64,000 nt of DNA from Bdellovibrionales bacterium (GCA_965217115.1 OZ244239.1:512001-576000); one strand, 5' to 3'; counted from the stretch's first letter, positions 10,809 to 20,795 are shown. Program-made: numbers and translations. Notes: generated by a model from the sequence alone, not told the origin.

Positions 10809-11672
10809 ATGGACCTAAACACCCTTATTAAGGCTGCCATTAAAGAAGACATGCCACACGGAGATGCCACCACTGACTGCCTGGCGCAACCGCCAAAAGT
10901 GGGTATCGCTTCCTTACAAGCCAAAGAAGACATCATACTCTCAGGCATAACACCTTTTGAACACACTCTCAGCTCTATCGAACCCACAGCTAAAATCAAT
11001 TGGCATTTTAATGACGGAGACTTAGTTCTCAATAAGCAAACTATCTGTTCTATCTCTGGAGATCTTTTGCAGATTCTCAAAGCTGAACGTATTGCTTTGA
11101 ATTTTATAGGTCATCTCTCTGGTATCGCCACATTAACACAGTGTTTTGTAAAACAAGCCGTTCACACTCAAACAAAGATTATCGACACACGCAAAACCAT
11201 GGCCGGATATCGACAATTGGAGAAAGAAGCTGTTATTCACGGAGGAGGGGGCAATCATCGACAAAGTTTAAGTGATGCTATTCTTATTAAAGAAAACCAT
11301 ATCATACTTATGGGGGGCATCTCCGCAGCTGTTACAAAAATTCGTGAAAATACGGAACTCACCATCGAAGTTGAAGTCGATACACTTCAAAAAGTTAAAG
11401 AAGCTATTGAGTTAAACGTCCATCGTATTCTCTTAGACAATATGGATGATGAAACACTCGAAGAAGCTCTCGCGCTTATCCCCTCTCATATTGAAACAGA
11501 GGTTAGCGGTAATATAACCATAGACAGAGTTTCTCAAATTGCAAAGCTCGGGGTTAATTATATCAGCGTTGGCGCTCTTACCCATTCAGCTCCTTGCGCA
11601 GATATAAGTCTTCTGTTTAACTGGCAAACCATTCAAAATACAACTGAAGACCATCATTCAGGATCAATATAA
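10809..11672 (+). CDS. nadC: Nicotinate-nucleotide pyrophosphorylase (quinolinate phosphoribosyltransferase)
   Basis: ERIALN, DTRKT, NHR, IKENH, EVEV, ILLDN, ISVGALTHSA; ATG at 10809 with upstream AGAGGGA. Confidence 0.95.
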   Translation: MDLNTLIKAAIKEDMPHGDATTDCLAQPPKVGIASLQAKEDIILSGITPFEHTLSSIEPTAKINWHFNDGDLVLNKQTICSISGDLLQILKAERIALNFIGHLSGIATLTQCFVKQAVHTQTKIIDTRKTMAGYRQLEKEAVIHGGGGNHRQSLSDAILIKENHIILMGGISAAVTKIRENTELTIEVEVDTLQKVKEAIELNVHRILLDNMDDETLEEALALIPSHIETEVSGNITIDRVSQIAKLGVNYISVGALTHSAPCADISLLFNWQTIQNTTEDHHSGSI

Positions 11673-11675
11673 ATA

Positions 11676-12383
11676 ATGTTCGATACAGGAACCGTTGCAA
11701 AAAGTTGGGCTGAAGAAAATAATATTCCCCACCACTACCAATCTGAAATCACAAGCACTAATGACTGGGCAAAAGAAGAAGGTTCTTCTAAGAACTGTCT
11801 ATTCATTACTAGCTTTCAAAGGTTTGGACGTGGACGTGGGGAAAACGCTTGGCAAGAACTGTCTCCAGGTTCTCATTTTTCCCTCTCCTGGTCTTTTTCA
11901 CTCACGGCTTCTCCCCACCCGACTCTTTCAGCAAAAACTGGCCTGGCCCTTATAAAATCTCTCAGAGGAAGCTGGAACTATATTGATTTTGCTCTTAAAG
12001 CTCCAAACGACATCTATGTTAGAGAAAAAAAAATAGCTGGTATTCTTATTGAAACTATTAGCCAGGGCGATCAGCATCTCTGTGTTATTGGTATCGGCCT
12101 AAACGTTTGGGAAAACCCTCTAACAGCATCGACTTGCCTCAAAAATGTTTTGCCCTCTAAGGCTTTAGGAGAAAAGATTTTTTTTAACTTCTTAAGCCGG
12201 CTTAATCTCGAACTTAATCTTATTATAAAAACACCCTCTTCTAATCTACTTTACAACGATAGACAAGAGTTAAAAGAAGTCCTTAATCAATTCCACGCCT
12301 TTGCAAAAGATCAAGTTAGCGAAGTCTCTCCCGATGGAAGTATCACTCAACAGTCAGGCACAACTCACTGGGCCTCATTATGA
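11676..12383 (+). CDS. birA: Biotin--[acetyl-CoA carboxylase] ligase without N-terminal HTH
   Basis: STND, Q..GRGR...W, K.PND, KIAGILIE, IGIGLNV. Confidence 0.85.
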   Translation: MFDTGTVAKSWAEENNIPHHYQSEITSTNDWAKEEGSSKNCLFITSFQRFGRGRGENAWQELSPGSHFSLSWSFSLTASPHPTLSAKTGLALIKSLRGSWNYIDFALKAPNDIYVREKKIAGILIETISQGDQHLCVIGIGLNVWENPLTASTCLKNVLPSKALGEKIFFNFLSRLNLELNLIIKTPSSNLLYNDRQELKEVLNQFHAFAKDQVSEVSPDGSITQQSGTTHWASL

Positions 12384-12910
12384 TTCGTCATATTTTTTAC
12401 ATTCTTCTTATATCCTTTACTCTTCTGAGTGCAATTCTTGCCTATCGTCTCGGCGTGTTTAAACCAGTCAAGTTGGAGATCAAGAAGCAAACACAGTTTC
12501 AAGTCATTTTTAAAGAACACATCGGCCCCTATCACAAAATCGTTCCTATCATTGAAGGGGTTGAAAAGTGGGCCAAAGCCAATGGGCTCCCTTGCACAAG
12601 ATCTTTTGGGGCCTTCTTAGATGACCCCAAGACCACCGAAGAAGTCAGATTAAGAAGCCACGGTGGCTGCCTTATCAATTCATTACCCTTAAACCTTCCA
12701 GAGGGTTTTAAAAGTGCGCACATACAACTTAGCCAATACGTGTACGCCGAGTTTACCGGCTCACCAGGTATCGGTGTGTGGAAGGTCTATTCACCTGTAT
12801 TTGAATTAATGAAGAAGCGACGTTTCCAAAAGTTGTCACCTATCTATGAAGTCTACGAGATCACGGGTAAAGACAGTATGAAAACCAGATATTATTTCCC
12901 ATTTAAATAA
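12380..12910 (+). CDS. GyrI-like small-molecule-binding domain protein with N-terminal anchor
   Basis: N-terminal hydrophobic helix; HIGPY, DDP..T....LRS..G and IYEVY motifs. Confidence 0.65.
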   Translation: MIRHIFYILLISFTLLSAILAYRLGVFKPVKLEIKKQTQFQVIFKEHIGPYHKIVPIIEGVEKWAKANGLPCTRSFGAFLDDPKTTEEVRLRSHGGCLINSLPLNLPEGFKSAHIQLSQYVYAEFTGSPGIGVWKVYSPVFELMKKRRFQKLSPIYEVYEITGKDSMKTRYYFPFK

Positions 12911-12914
12911 TTTG

Positions 12915-15161
12915 CTATTTCTCAATGAAAGAACGTAAGAGATTCAATGCCGAACCCGCCTTAAACCACTTGATCTGATCTTCATTATAGGTGTGCTTGG
13001 TTTGAATACTTTCAACAGAACCATCTCTGTGTTTTAAAACCACTTCTAGGTTTTTTCCCGGAGCAAAATCCTTCAAACCAATAACGGAAACAGAATCTCC
13101 CTCTCGAATTTTATCGTAATCACTCGTATTAGAAAAATGCAGGCCTAACATTCCCTGTTTTTTTAAGTTTGTCTCATGGATACGAGCAAAGCTCCGCGCT
13201 AAAACAACGACCCCACCAAGATGACGGGGACACATCGCCGCATGCTCTCGACTACTGCCCTCTCCATAGTTCTCATCACCAATGATCATCCAATTTTTTC
13301 CTGTGCCCTTATAAGAACGGGCTATTTTAGAATACGGCTTTTCCTTATCATGCCCAACCTCTCCCGTAAAAGCATTATCAGCTCCTATCAGAAGGTTGTC
13401 TGAAATATTATCCAAATGCCCACGAAAACGTAACCACTTACCACCTGGGCAAATATGATCCGTCGTGCACTTGCCCTTTACTTTCGCCAAAATAGATATT
13501 TCCTCAAAGTCCTCACCTGACCATGCAGCAAACGGTTCTAACAAAGCCAAACGCTCCGAACCTTCAGGCACTCTCACTTCAACCCCGCTGCCCTTGGGAG
13601 ATTGATAACCTTCACTGTCTGGCACAAAGCCTTTCTCTGGTAATTCTGGAGCCTGGGGTGCTTGCAATTTTATTTTACCCTTTGGACCTTCTAACTCTTG
13701 AGTCATAGGATTGAAGCCTAAATTCCCCGCAAGGCCAAGGGCCATCACCAACTCAGGGCTACCGATAAAAGAGAGTGTCTCCCCATTGCCATCGTTTCTT
13801 CCTCGAAAATTACGATTGAAACTCGTCACAATCGTATTGGTTTCACCCACCTTAATATCATCGCGCCTCCACTGACCAATACATGGGCCACAGGCATTCG
13901 TTAACATCGTGGCTCCCACATCATTTAGAGTCTTAGAGTAACCGTCTCTCTGAATCGTATTAGCGACTAAACTTGAACCAGGGGATACAAAAAAGTTTTG
14001 TGGCATTTTTATCCCCACTGACGAGGCCTGTTTCGCCACGAATGAAGCTCTACCAATATCCTCATAGGAAGAGTTGGTACAAGAGCCAATCAACGCCGCC
14101 GATAACTTCGTCGGCCATCCATTCTTCTCACACTCTTTAGCCACTTCACTAATGGGACGAGCTAAATCTGGAGAATGGGGACCCACGAGATGGGGCTCCA
14201 AAACCGACAAATCAATCTCAACAACAAGATCGTAATGATCTTTTGGTGATGCTAAAACCTCCTCATCAGCACATAAAATATCTCTGTGACTCTCGGCCAA
14301 CTCCACAAGAAAATCTCGTTCTGTTGCCTTTAAATAATCTGCCATTCTATTATCATAGGGAAAAACAGAACAAGTCGCCCCCAGTTCAGCCCCCATATTA
14401 GTGATCGTCGCTTTACCAGTGCAACTGATGGAGTTTAAACCTTCACCAAAATACTCAATAATACGATTGGTCCCGCCCTTTACAGTTAAGATTCCCAAAA
14501 GTTTCAAAATAACATCCTTAGCCGATGTCCAGCCATTGAGTTCCCCTGTTAAACGAACCCCGACAATTTCTGGATCTTTCACCTCCCAAGTTAACCCTGC
14601 CATAACATCAGAGGCATCCGCCCCCCCGACCCCAATGGCACACATCCCTAAACCACCAGCATTCGGAGTGTGAGAGTCTGTTCCAATCATCAATCCACCG
14701 GGAAATGCATAGTTCTCCAAAATAATCTGATGAATAATTCCCGAACCAGGTTTCCAAAAACCAATTCCATAACGACTGGCCGCAGAACCTAAAAATTCAA
14801 AAACCTCTTTATTAAGCTCATTTGAAGCTGGAAGATCTTTGTCTTTACCCATGTAACCTTGAATCAAATGATCACAATGAACCGTTGAAGGCACAGCTGC
14901 CTCCTCTTTTCCTGCTAACATAAACTGCAACAAAGCCATCTGCGCCGTCGCATCCTGCATCGCCACACGATCAGGCCGTAATTGTAAGAAGCTCTTCCCC
15001 CGTCCAAATTCCTGGGATTCAACATTATCCAAATGCCCAAACAATACCTTCTCTGCTAAGGTCAACGGACGCTGTAAACGTTTCCGAACAATCTCAATGT
15101 TTTGACGGCTTTTTGCATAAATCTTTTTCACCATATCTGAAGTCGTTTCAATCACAGCCAT
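12915..15161 (-). CDS. Aconitate hydratase (mitochondrial-type subfamily)
   Basis: [68 protein letters not shown]. Confidence 0.95.
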   Translation of the reverse strand: MAVIETTSDMVKKIYAKSRQNIEIVRKRLQRPLTLAEKVLFGHLDNVESQEFGRGKSFLQLRPDRVAMQDATAQMALLQFMLAGKEEAAVPSTVHCDHLIQGYMGKDKDLPASNELNKEVFEFLGSAASRYGIGFWKPGSGIIHQIILENYAFPGGLMIGTDSHTPNAGGLGMCAIGVGGADASDVMAGLTWEVKDPEIVGVRLTGELNGWTSAKDVILKLLGILTVKGGTNRIIEYFGEGLNSISCTGKATITNMGAELGATCSVFPYDNRMADYLKATERDFLVELAESHRDILCADEEVLASPKDHYDLVVEIDLSVLEPHLVGPHSPDLARPISEVAKECEKNGWPTKLSAALIGSCTNSSYEDIGRASFVAKQASSVGIKMPQNFFVSPGSSLVANTIQRDGYSKTLNDVGATMLTNACGPCIGQWRRDDIKVGETNTIVTSFNRNFRGRNDGNGETLSFIGSPELVMALGLAGNLGFNPMTQELEGPKGKIKLQAPQAPELPEKGFVPDSEGYQSPKGSGVEVRVPEGSERLALLEPFAAWSGEDFEEISILAKVKGKCTTDHICPGGKWLRFRGHLDNISDNLLIGADNAFTGEVGHDKEKPYSKIARSYKGTGKNWMIIGDENYGEGSSREHAAMCPRHLGGVVVLARSFARIHETNLKKQGMLGLHFSNTSDYDKIREGDSVSVIGLKDFAPGKNLEVVLKHRDGSVESIQTKHTYNEDQIKWFKAGSALNLLRSFIEK

Positions 15162-15253
15162 CTAAAATTCTCCTTGTGTCACACTCTGAATACTTTCCAG
15201 ACTATGCTCTGCTTCTTGGTGTTTGCAGTCAAGAACTGTTTGTTTGATTTGGG

Positions 15254-15384
15254 CAAAGAGGTGTTTTTTAAATGACATATATTCTTTAGCTCAGACATTC
15301 GTTTGGCTGCGGCGCTCGCTTTGCGAGCATCGCACCAATCCGAACTCGCTAAAGAATATATGTCATTTAAAAAACACATCTTTG
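15254..15384. repeat. Palindromic element copy 1
   Basis: 37-bp arms 15254-15290 and 15348-15384 (1 mismatch) enclose a nested hairpin core TCAGACATTCG...GCTCGC-TTT-GCGAGC...CGAACTC. Confidence 0.95.
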
Positions 15385-15401
15385 AAATCTGCGGCTGGGC
15401 T

Positions 15402-15540
15402 GGGAACAACGGAGAGAGAGAGAGAGAGGGAACAACGGAGAAGGACGGGAATAATGGAGAAAGAGACAGAGGGGGGACAACGGAGAAAGAGAAAGAGGGG
15501 GGGAACAACGGAGAGAGAGAAGGAAGGGGGGGGGGGGGGG
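15402..15540 (+). repeat. Purine-rich GGGAACAACGGAGA-type repeats and G15 tract
   Basis: About four GG(G/A)ACAACGGAGA units with (GA)n spacers; G run at 15526-15540. Confidence 0.85.
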
Positions 15541-15550
15541 AGCGATTTGT

Positions 15551-15587
15551 AAAAAAAAGCTACAATTTTATGATTGTAGCTTTTTTT
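15551..15587. terminator. Intrinsic (bidirectional-type) terminator downstream of lipoprotein 1
   Basis: A8-GCTACAA-loop-TTGTAGC-T7. Confidence 0.8.
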
Positions 15588-15609
15588 AACTATTATTTAA
15601 GAGCTAATT

Positions 15610-16701
15610 TTAGATACAATAAATCTTATCCAAAAATACACTTGGTAATTCTATAACATTCGGAGGTTGATCACCGCGCAGTCTTAACAATGTTCGCTTG
15701 GTAGGTTTCGTCTTCAATTCCCACACATCTGTCGTCTCATTAAACTCATAAACATCACTTGAAACATCATCAAAGGGTTCATACCTAATGGAGTAGGAAA
15801 GTAGGTTATCATAACCTGACTCTTTACAAATATTAGCGGCACCCTTTTTGGCCATAGGTAGAAAGCTGTCATCAACAAGATCGTTCATATGTATAATGGT
15901 CCTAAAAGCTCTCCGAATAGTCCAAGCTTCATCGGCGTTTTTTATTAGGAAAAAACTAGATTCTGTATAAAAATTGCTAGCAGGCTTCATAACAGTTGCT
16001 AGTTTTGCCGCAAGAATACTCTTTATCATCTCTGGATAATCGTCATTAATAGCAGAATTATCCTTAAAATGAGAAAGTGTTGTGCCGAAGCAAGTTATAG
16101 ACGCCATATAATTTTTTTTCTCGCCTATTTCTTCATTATAATTATTATAATACATGGAATACTTTTTATCATCACTCTCAAATTTAAAGTAATGGCTCTT
16201 AATATCTAGAGTGTCTGGAAACATACTGCCAGAAACTGGGTTTGATACCAGTGTGGCATGAAGAACAGGATAAGTTACTTTAAAATCATAGTAGTTGGCA
16301 GGCATAGATTCAAAAACCTCAGTTCGACTAGTATAATCATTTATTGTTGTATACCTTCCAAGTTCAGGGCTAGTAAAACCAAGGAAAGAGCAAATCTTTT
16401 GCACTTGCTCGTCTCCATCTTCTCCAGATATCCTTATGCCATTACCAATAGTAATTGGTTTCACGGCATCATCTCCTATCTCATTGATTGCTGATAATCT
16501 CACACTGTCATCTGCGGAAAAATATTCAACCTTAACATTCGTATCTTCTTTGCTTCCGTCTCCCACGACTGCTCCACGGTAACTCGTATCAATAATCACA
16601 ACATCACTGCCTTGATAAATATCATCATCATCACACCCAGAGATACTTAAACCAAGTAGCAAAGATAAGAGAGAATTCCTCATTATTAGTGTCTTTTTCA
16701 T
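15610..16701 (-). CDS. Predicted lipoprotein, paralog 1 (unknown function)
   Basis: Signal peptide with lipobox LSISG-C23; 363 aa; closely paralogous to 17867..18955. Confidence 0.85.
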   Translation of the reverse strand: MKKTLIMRNSLLSLLLGLSISGCDDDDIYQGSDVVIIDTSYRGAVVGDGSKEDTNVKVEYFSADDSVRLSAINEIGDDAVKPITIGNGIRISGEDGDEQVQKICSFLGFTSPELGRYTTINDYTSRTEVFESMPANYYDFKVTYPVLHATLVSNPVSGSMFPDTLDIKSHYFKFESDDKKYSMYYNNYNEEIGEKKNYMASITCFGTTLSHFKDNSAINDDYPEMIKSILAAKLATVMKPASNFYTESSFFLIKNADEAWTIRRAFRTIIHMNDLVDDSFLPMAKKGAANICKESGYDNLLSYSIRYEPFDDVSSDVYEFNETTDVWELKTKPTKRTLLRLRGDQPPNVIELPSVFLDKIYCI

Positions 16702-17057
16702 TTTTAGATCCTTTTAGATAAAGATTAGAGAATAGAGAAAACAATATTCCCATGTAGGTTGATTATTTCTTTGTTTATTAAATTATTAGACCCTGATTAT
16801 AACCGAAGAGAGAGAGTTTTTCTTAAGAAACTTACAAAGTTGAATATTTTACAAATGCCCATCAAGAGAACTTATCTTTTCCAAAATATTTTAAGCGTGT
16901 GACGAGAGAAGCTGTTGTAACTTACCGTAAATACTATGACCTAATCTGTATTTATTTTATTTCTATTTATTTGGTAGATTGTAATCTATTTTCCAAAAAA
17001 GCACTAAAATCAAACAATAGACGCCTATTCCTCTCCCCTTCGCTGTTCCTTACCCTC

Positions 17058-17760
17058 TCTCCGTTGTTTCCAGCCCAGCCCAGCTGCAGATTTTAAAAAT
17101 ATGTTTTTTTAAATGAATGTTTATTCTTTAGCTCAGACATTCGTTTGGCTGCGGCGCTCGCTTTGCGAGCATCGCACCAATCCGAACTCGCTAAAGAATA
17201 AATATTCATTTAAAAAACCACCCTTTACCAAATAATAGGTTTTAGCCAAGTCGAAAAATGCCACAATAATTCAACCTCCCCAGTTAGTTGTCCCCGTCCC
17301 CCTCTCCGTTGTTCCCAGCCCAGATGCAGATTTCAAAAATATGTCTTTTTAAATGAATGTTTATTTTTTAGCTCAGACATTCGTTTGGCTGCGGCGCTCG
17401 CTTCGCGAGCATCGCACCAATCCGAACTCGCTAAAGAATAAACATTCATTTAAAAAATCACCCTTTACCAAATAATAGGTTTTAGCCGAGCCGGAAAATG
17501 CCACAATATTCAACCTCCCCAGTTAGTTGTCCCCGTCCCCGTCTCCATCTCCATTACTCCCGTCCCCTTTTCCTGTTGTTCCTAGCCCAGATGCAGATTT
17601 CAAAAATATGTCTTTTTAAATGAATGTTTATTTTTTAGCTCAGACATTCATTTGGCTGCGGCGCTCGCTTCGCGAGCATCGCACCAATTCGAACTCGCTA
17701 AAGAATATATGTCATTTAAAAAACACATCTTTGAAATCTGCATCTGGGCTGGGAACAACG
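17058..17760. repeat. Tandem array of three palindromic element copies (2, 3, 4) with shared linker
   Basis: GCTCAGACAT starts at 17131, 17371 and 17638 (periods 240 and 267 bp); linker CACCCTTTACCAAATAATAGGTTTTAGCC...GCCACAAT recurs. Confidence 0.95.
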
Positions 17761-17806
17761 GAGAAGGACGGGAATAATGGAGAAAGAGGGGGGGGGAGCG
17801 ATTTGT

Positions 17807-17844
17807 AAAAAAAAAGCTACAACTTTATGATTGTAGCTTTTTTT
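17807..17844. terminator. Intrinsic terminator downstream of lipoprotein 2 (duplicate of 15551-15587)
   Basis: A9-GCTACAA-loop-TTGTAGC-T7. Confidence 0.8.
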
Positions 17845-17866
17845 AACTATTATTTAAGAGCTAATT

Positions 17867-18955
17867 TTAGATACAATAAATCTTATCCAAAAATGCACTT
17901 GGTGCTTCCATTTCATCCGGCGGTGTATTAGGACCTCGCTTCCTTATTATTGTTCGCTTGGTAGGTTTCGTCTTCAATTCCCACACATCTGACGTCTCAT
18001 TAAACTCATAAACATGACTTGAAACATCATCAACGAATTCATATCTAAGGGTGTAGGAAAGCAGATTATTATAACCTGACTCTTTACAAATATTAGCGGC
18101 ACCCTTTTTGGCCATGTCTAGAAAATTGTCCTCATCGTCGTAATCGCGCACACGTATAAAGTTCTCAAATCTAAGATGCCAAAAGTCATGGGCATTTTTT
18201 ATCAGGAAAAAACTAGATCCTGTATAGAAATTGCTAGCAGGCTTTATAATAGTTGCTAGTTTTGCCGCAAGAATACTCTTTATCATCTCTGGATAATCGT
18301 CATTAATAGCAGAATTATCCTTAAAATGAGAAAGTGTTGTGCCGAAGCAAGTTATCGATGCCATATAACTCTTTTTCTCGCCTATTTCGTTTTCTATATA
18401 GCTTTCATAATATTTGGGCCGCTCTTTCTCGCTATCAAAATAATGACTCTGAATATCTAGAGTGTCTGGAAACATACTGCCAGAAACTGAATTTGGTACC
18501 AATGTGGCATGAAGAACGGGATAAGTTGCGCTGAAGTCTCTGTAATTTCTGTGGGTATATTCAGGCTTCTCTCTATAAACCTCAGTTCGACTAGTATAAT
18601 CATTTATTATTGTATACCGTCCAAGTTCAGGGCTAGTAAAACCAAGGAAAGAACAAATTTTTTGCACTTGCTCGCCTCCATTTTCTCCAGAAATTCTTAT
18701 ACCACCACCAATAGTAATTGGTACTGTGGCATCTCCTGCCTCATTGATTGCTGATAATTTCACACTGTCATCTGTGGAAAAATATTCAACCTTAACATTC
18801 GTATCTTCATTGCTTCCGTTTCCCTCAACTATTCCACGGTGACTCGTATCAATAACGACATTAGGAGAACTACCTGTATAGTCATTACACCCAGAGATAC
18901 TTAAACCAAGTAGCAAAGATAAGAGAGAATTCCTCATTATTAGTGTCTTTTTCAT
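17867..18955 (-). CDS. Predicted lipoprotein, paralog 2 (unknown function)
   Basis: Signal peptide and lipobox identical to paralog 1; 362 aa. Confidence 0.85.
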   Translation of the reverse strand: MKKTLIMRNSLLSLLLGLSISGCNDYTGSSPNVVIDTSHRGIVEGNGSNEDTNVKVEYFSTDDSVKLSAINEAGDATVPITIGGGIRISGENGGEQVQKICSFLGFTSPELGRYTIINDYTSRTEVYREKPEYTHRNYRDFSATYPVLHATLVPNSVSGSMFPDTLDIQSHYFDSEKERPKYYESYIENEIGEKKSYMASITCFGTTLSHFKDNSAINDDYPEMIKSILAAKLATIIKPASNFYTGSSFFLIKNAHDFWHLRFENFIRVRDYDDEDNFLDMAKKGAANICKESGYNNLLSYTLRYEFVDDVSSHVYEFNETSDVWELKTKPTKRTIIRKRGPNTPPDEMEAPSAFLDKIYCI

Positions 18956-19246
18956 TTTAGATCCTTTTAGCTAAAGATTAGAGAATAGATAAAACAATAT
19001 TCCCATGTAGGTTGATTATTTCTTTTTTATTAAATTATTAGATCCTGATTATAACCGAAGAGAGAAAATTTTTCTTAAGAAACTTACAAAGTTGAATATT
19101 TTACAAATGCCCATCAAGAGAACTTATCTTCTCCAAAATATTTTAAGCGTGTGACGAGAGAAGCTATTCTAACTTACCGTAAATACTATGATCTAATCTG
19201 TATTTATTTTATTTCTATTTATTTGGTAGATTGTAATTATTTCCCA

Positions 19247-19301
19247 AAAAAACACCCTTTGCCAAATAATAGGTTTTAGCCGAGTCGGAAAATGCCACAA
19301 T
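19247..19301 (+). repeat. Isolated fragment of the repeat-array linker
   Basis: AAAAAACACCCTTTGCCAAATAATAGGTTTTAGCCGAGTCGGAAAATGCCACAAT matches the linkers near 17215, 17455 and 21935. Confidence 0.85.
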
Positions 19302-19618
19302 TAATTACTTTTGATAATGTCTCATCTTATTACTGGATTCACGATATAGAGTCTTACATCGACGAGAGCCTAGAAAGCGAAAAGAAGGCTTATTAGCCCC
19401 TTCTCTGCTTCGTTTTCTACTCACTAAAAGCACCCTAAACTTAGAGATATCTTTGCCTGAAAAACTAATTTACTCTCTATGATATCAAGTGTTTACAAAA
19501 ATATAAGATTACGTAAACTCTTCCTAACTTGCTAAAAAGACGGTATTTGAACGTTTTTTGCACAGATTTTGGTCGATTTATGTTATTATAGACGTAGAAA
19601 GTACCGATAAAAGAAGGT

Positions 19619-20050
19619 ATGGAGGCAAATATGTCAGATTCAGCACAGACAATAAATAATGATGTTAATGGTGGAATACTAAATTCACTAGGCATCTTAA
19701 CTGAGGATGGCATGGGTTTTCATCCTGATGCATTTTTTAAATATAGTCCCTACAGCAGAACAGTCCTTGCAAAAGAAGCAAAAGTTTCCAGAACTAATTT
19801 ATACAAAGATACTGTTAAATTAAGCACTATTAAGCAATTAAGAAAAGGTATCCTTCAAGTTGTAATGGGAACAGATTTAACTATCGAGCTTTTTAAAGAC
19901 AATACAGAAGAAGCAATCAAATGGTTTAATGCTCCAAATACAATGCTATCTGGTGAATCTCCTTTTGAAGTCTGTATTAGAAGTGATGGACATGGACTTT
20001 TAAACTGGTTAAGAGGGAGACTTGGTTACAGCGATGCTGTCCCTTTTTAA
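19619..20050 (+). CDS. Antitoxin, Xre/MbcA/ParS family
   Basis: HTH-like LAKEAKVSRTNLY; C-terminal ELFKDNTEEAIKWFNAPNTMLSGESPFEV typical of the toxin-binding domain; precedes a RES gene. Confidence 0.8.
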   Translation: MEANMSDSAQTINNDVNGGILNSLGILTEDGMGFHPDAFFKYSPYSRTVLAKEAKVSRTNLYKDTVKLSTIKQLRKGILQVVMGTDLTIELFKDNTEEAIKWFNAPNTMLSGESPFEVCIRSDGHGLLNWLRGRLGYSDAVPF

Positions 20051-20150
20051 TTGATAGTGGCCAAAACAAAAAAGAAAACCACTAAAAAAAAACACAGCAA
20101 AGAAAAAGGTTCCAAAAAAATATATTATACGCTTTAGTAAAGAAGTTCTT

Positions 20151-20795
20151 TTGAAGTATGTCCAAGATGATATTCAAAAAAATCAACAAATAGAAAAAAA
20201 TCAAATAATTGAATCAATGAGGTTTGAGCATTCGTTAAATACTCAAGGGAAATTAAACTTTCAAACATTTAAAGTTTCTTTTAATGATCCTGTTTATAGA
20301 GTTTATCCAAAACAGTTTAGTGTAACTAGCATCCTTGGGAGCATCTCTGACGGTGCGAGATTAAATATTGGAGGGCCACAAATTCTAAAATCAAATTTTC
20401 CTTTTAATAAATTTGGAGCATTATATATTTCAAATACAATGGCTGGGGCAATTGCAGAATATTGTCAGGGAACGCCTTTAGATAAAAATGACTACAAGTA
20501 CACACTGCAACCTCAAAAAACTTTTGAGTTGTGGGATTTAGATAAAGTTGTTAGCAACTTGCAAATTTCATCTCTGAAATTTCTAATTGATAAATTACCA
20601 ATTGGAGGTGGCTGGGGAAATTGCAAAGTCCCAATGCCTTCTCAGATATTAGCAACTTGGTTAAAAAGCATAGATGGTGATGGGATAATGTATACTTCGA
20701 CTAAAGACCTAAACTCTAAGATTATTGCGATCTTCACACAAAATGATAGAGAATCTGAAAATAATTTTTCAATAATTAGCAGAACAAATATATAA
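20151..20795 (+). CDS. RES-domain toxin (start uncertain; may begin at GTG 20057 through a frameshift)
   Basis: VYR, GARLN, ALYIS, AIAE, SQILATWL, DGIMYTS motifs of RES NAD+-degrading toxins. Confidence 0.8.
   Translation: MKYVQDDIQKNQQIEKNQIIESMRFEHSLNTQGKLNFQTFKVSFNDPVYRVYPKQFSVTSILGSISDGARLNIGGPQILKSNFPFNKFGALYISNTMAGAIAEYCQGTPLDKNDYKYTLQPQKTFELWDLDKVVSNLQISSLKFLIDKLPIGGGWGNCKVPMPSQILATWLKSIDGDGIMYTSTKDLNSKIIAIFTQNDRESENNFSIISRTNI

Noticed and set aside
15179..15656. Three overlapping ORFs (15179-15508, 15223-15552, 15303-15656) and the similar 17620-17808
   Set aside because: They are translations of the palindrome and GA-rich repeats, with low-complexity products.
17058..17760. CRISPR array
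   Set aside because: Units are 240-267 bp, the intervening sequences are near-identical rather than unique spacers, and no cas genes are present.
15610..18955. Diversity-generating retroelement (TR/VR pair)
   Set aside because: Differences include indels and non-adenine changes, are spread over five segments, and no reverse transcriptase is in the window.
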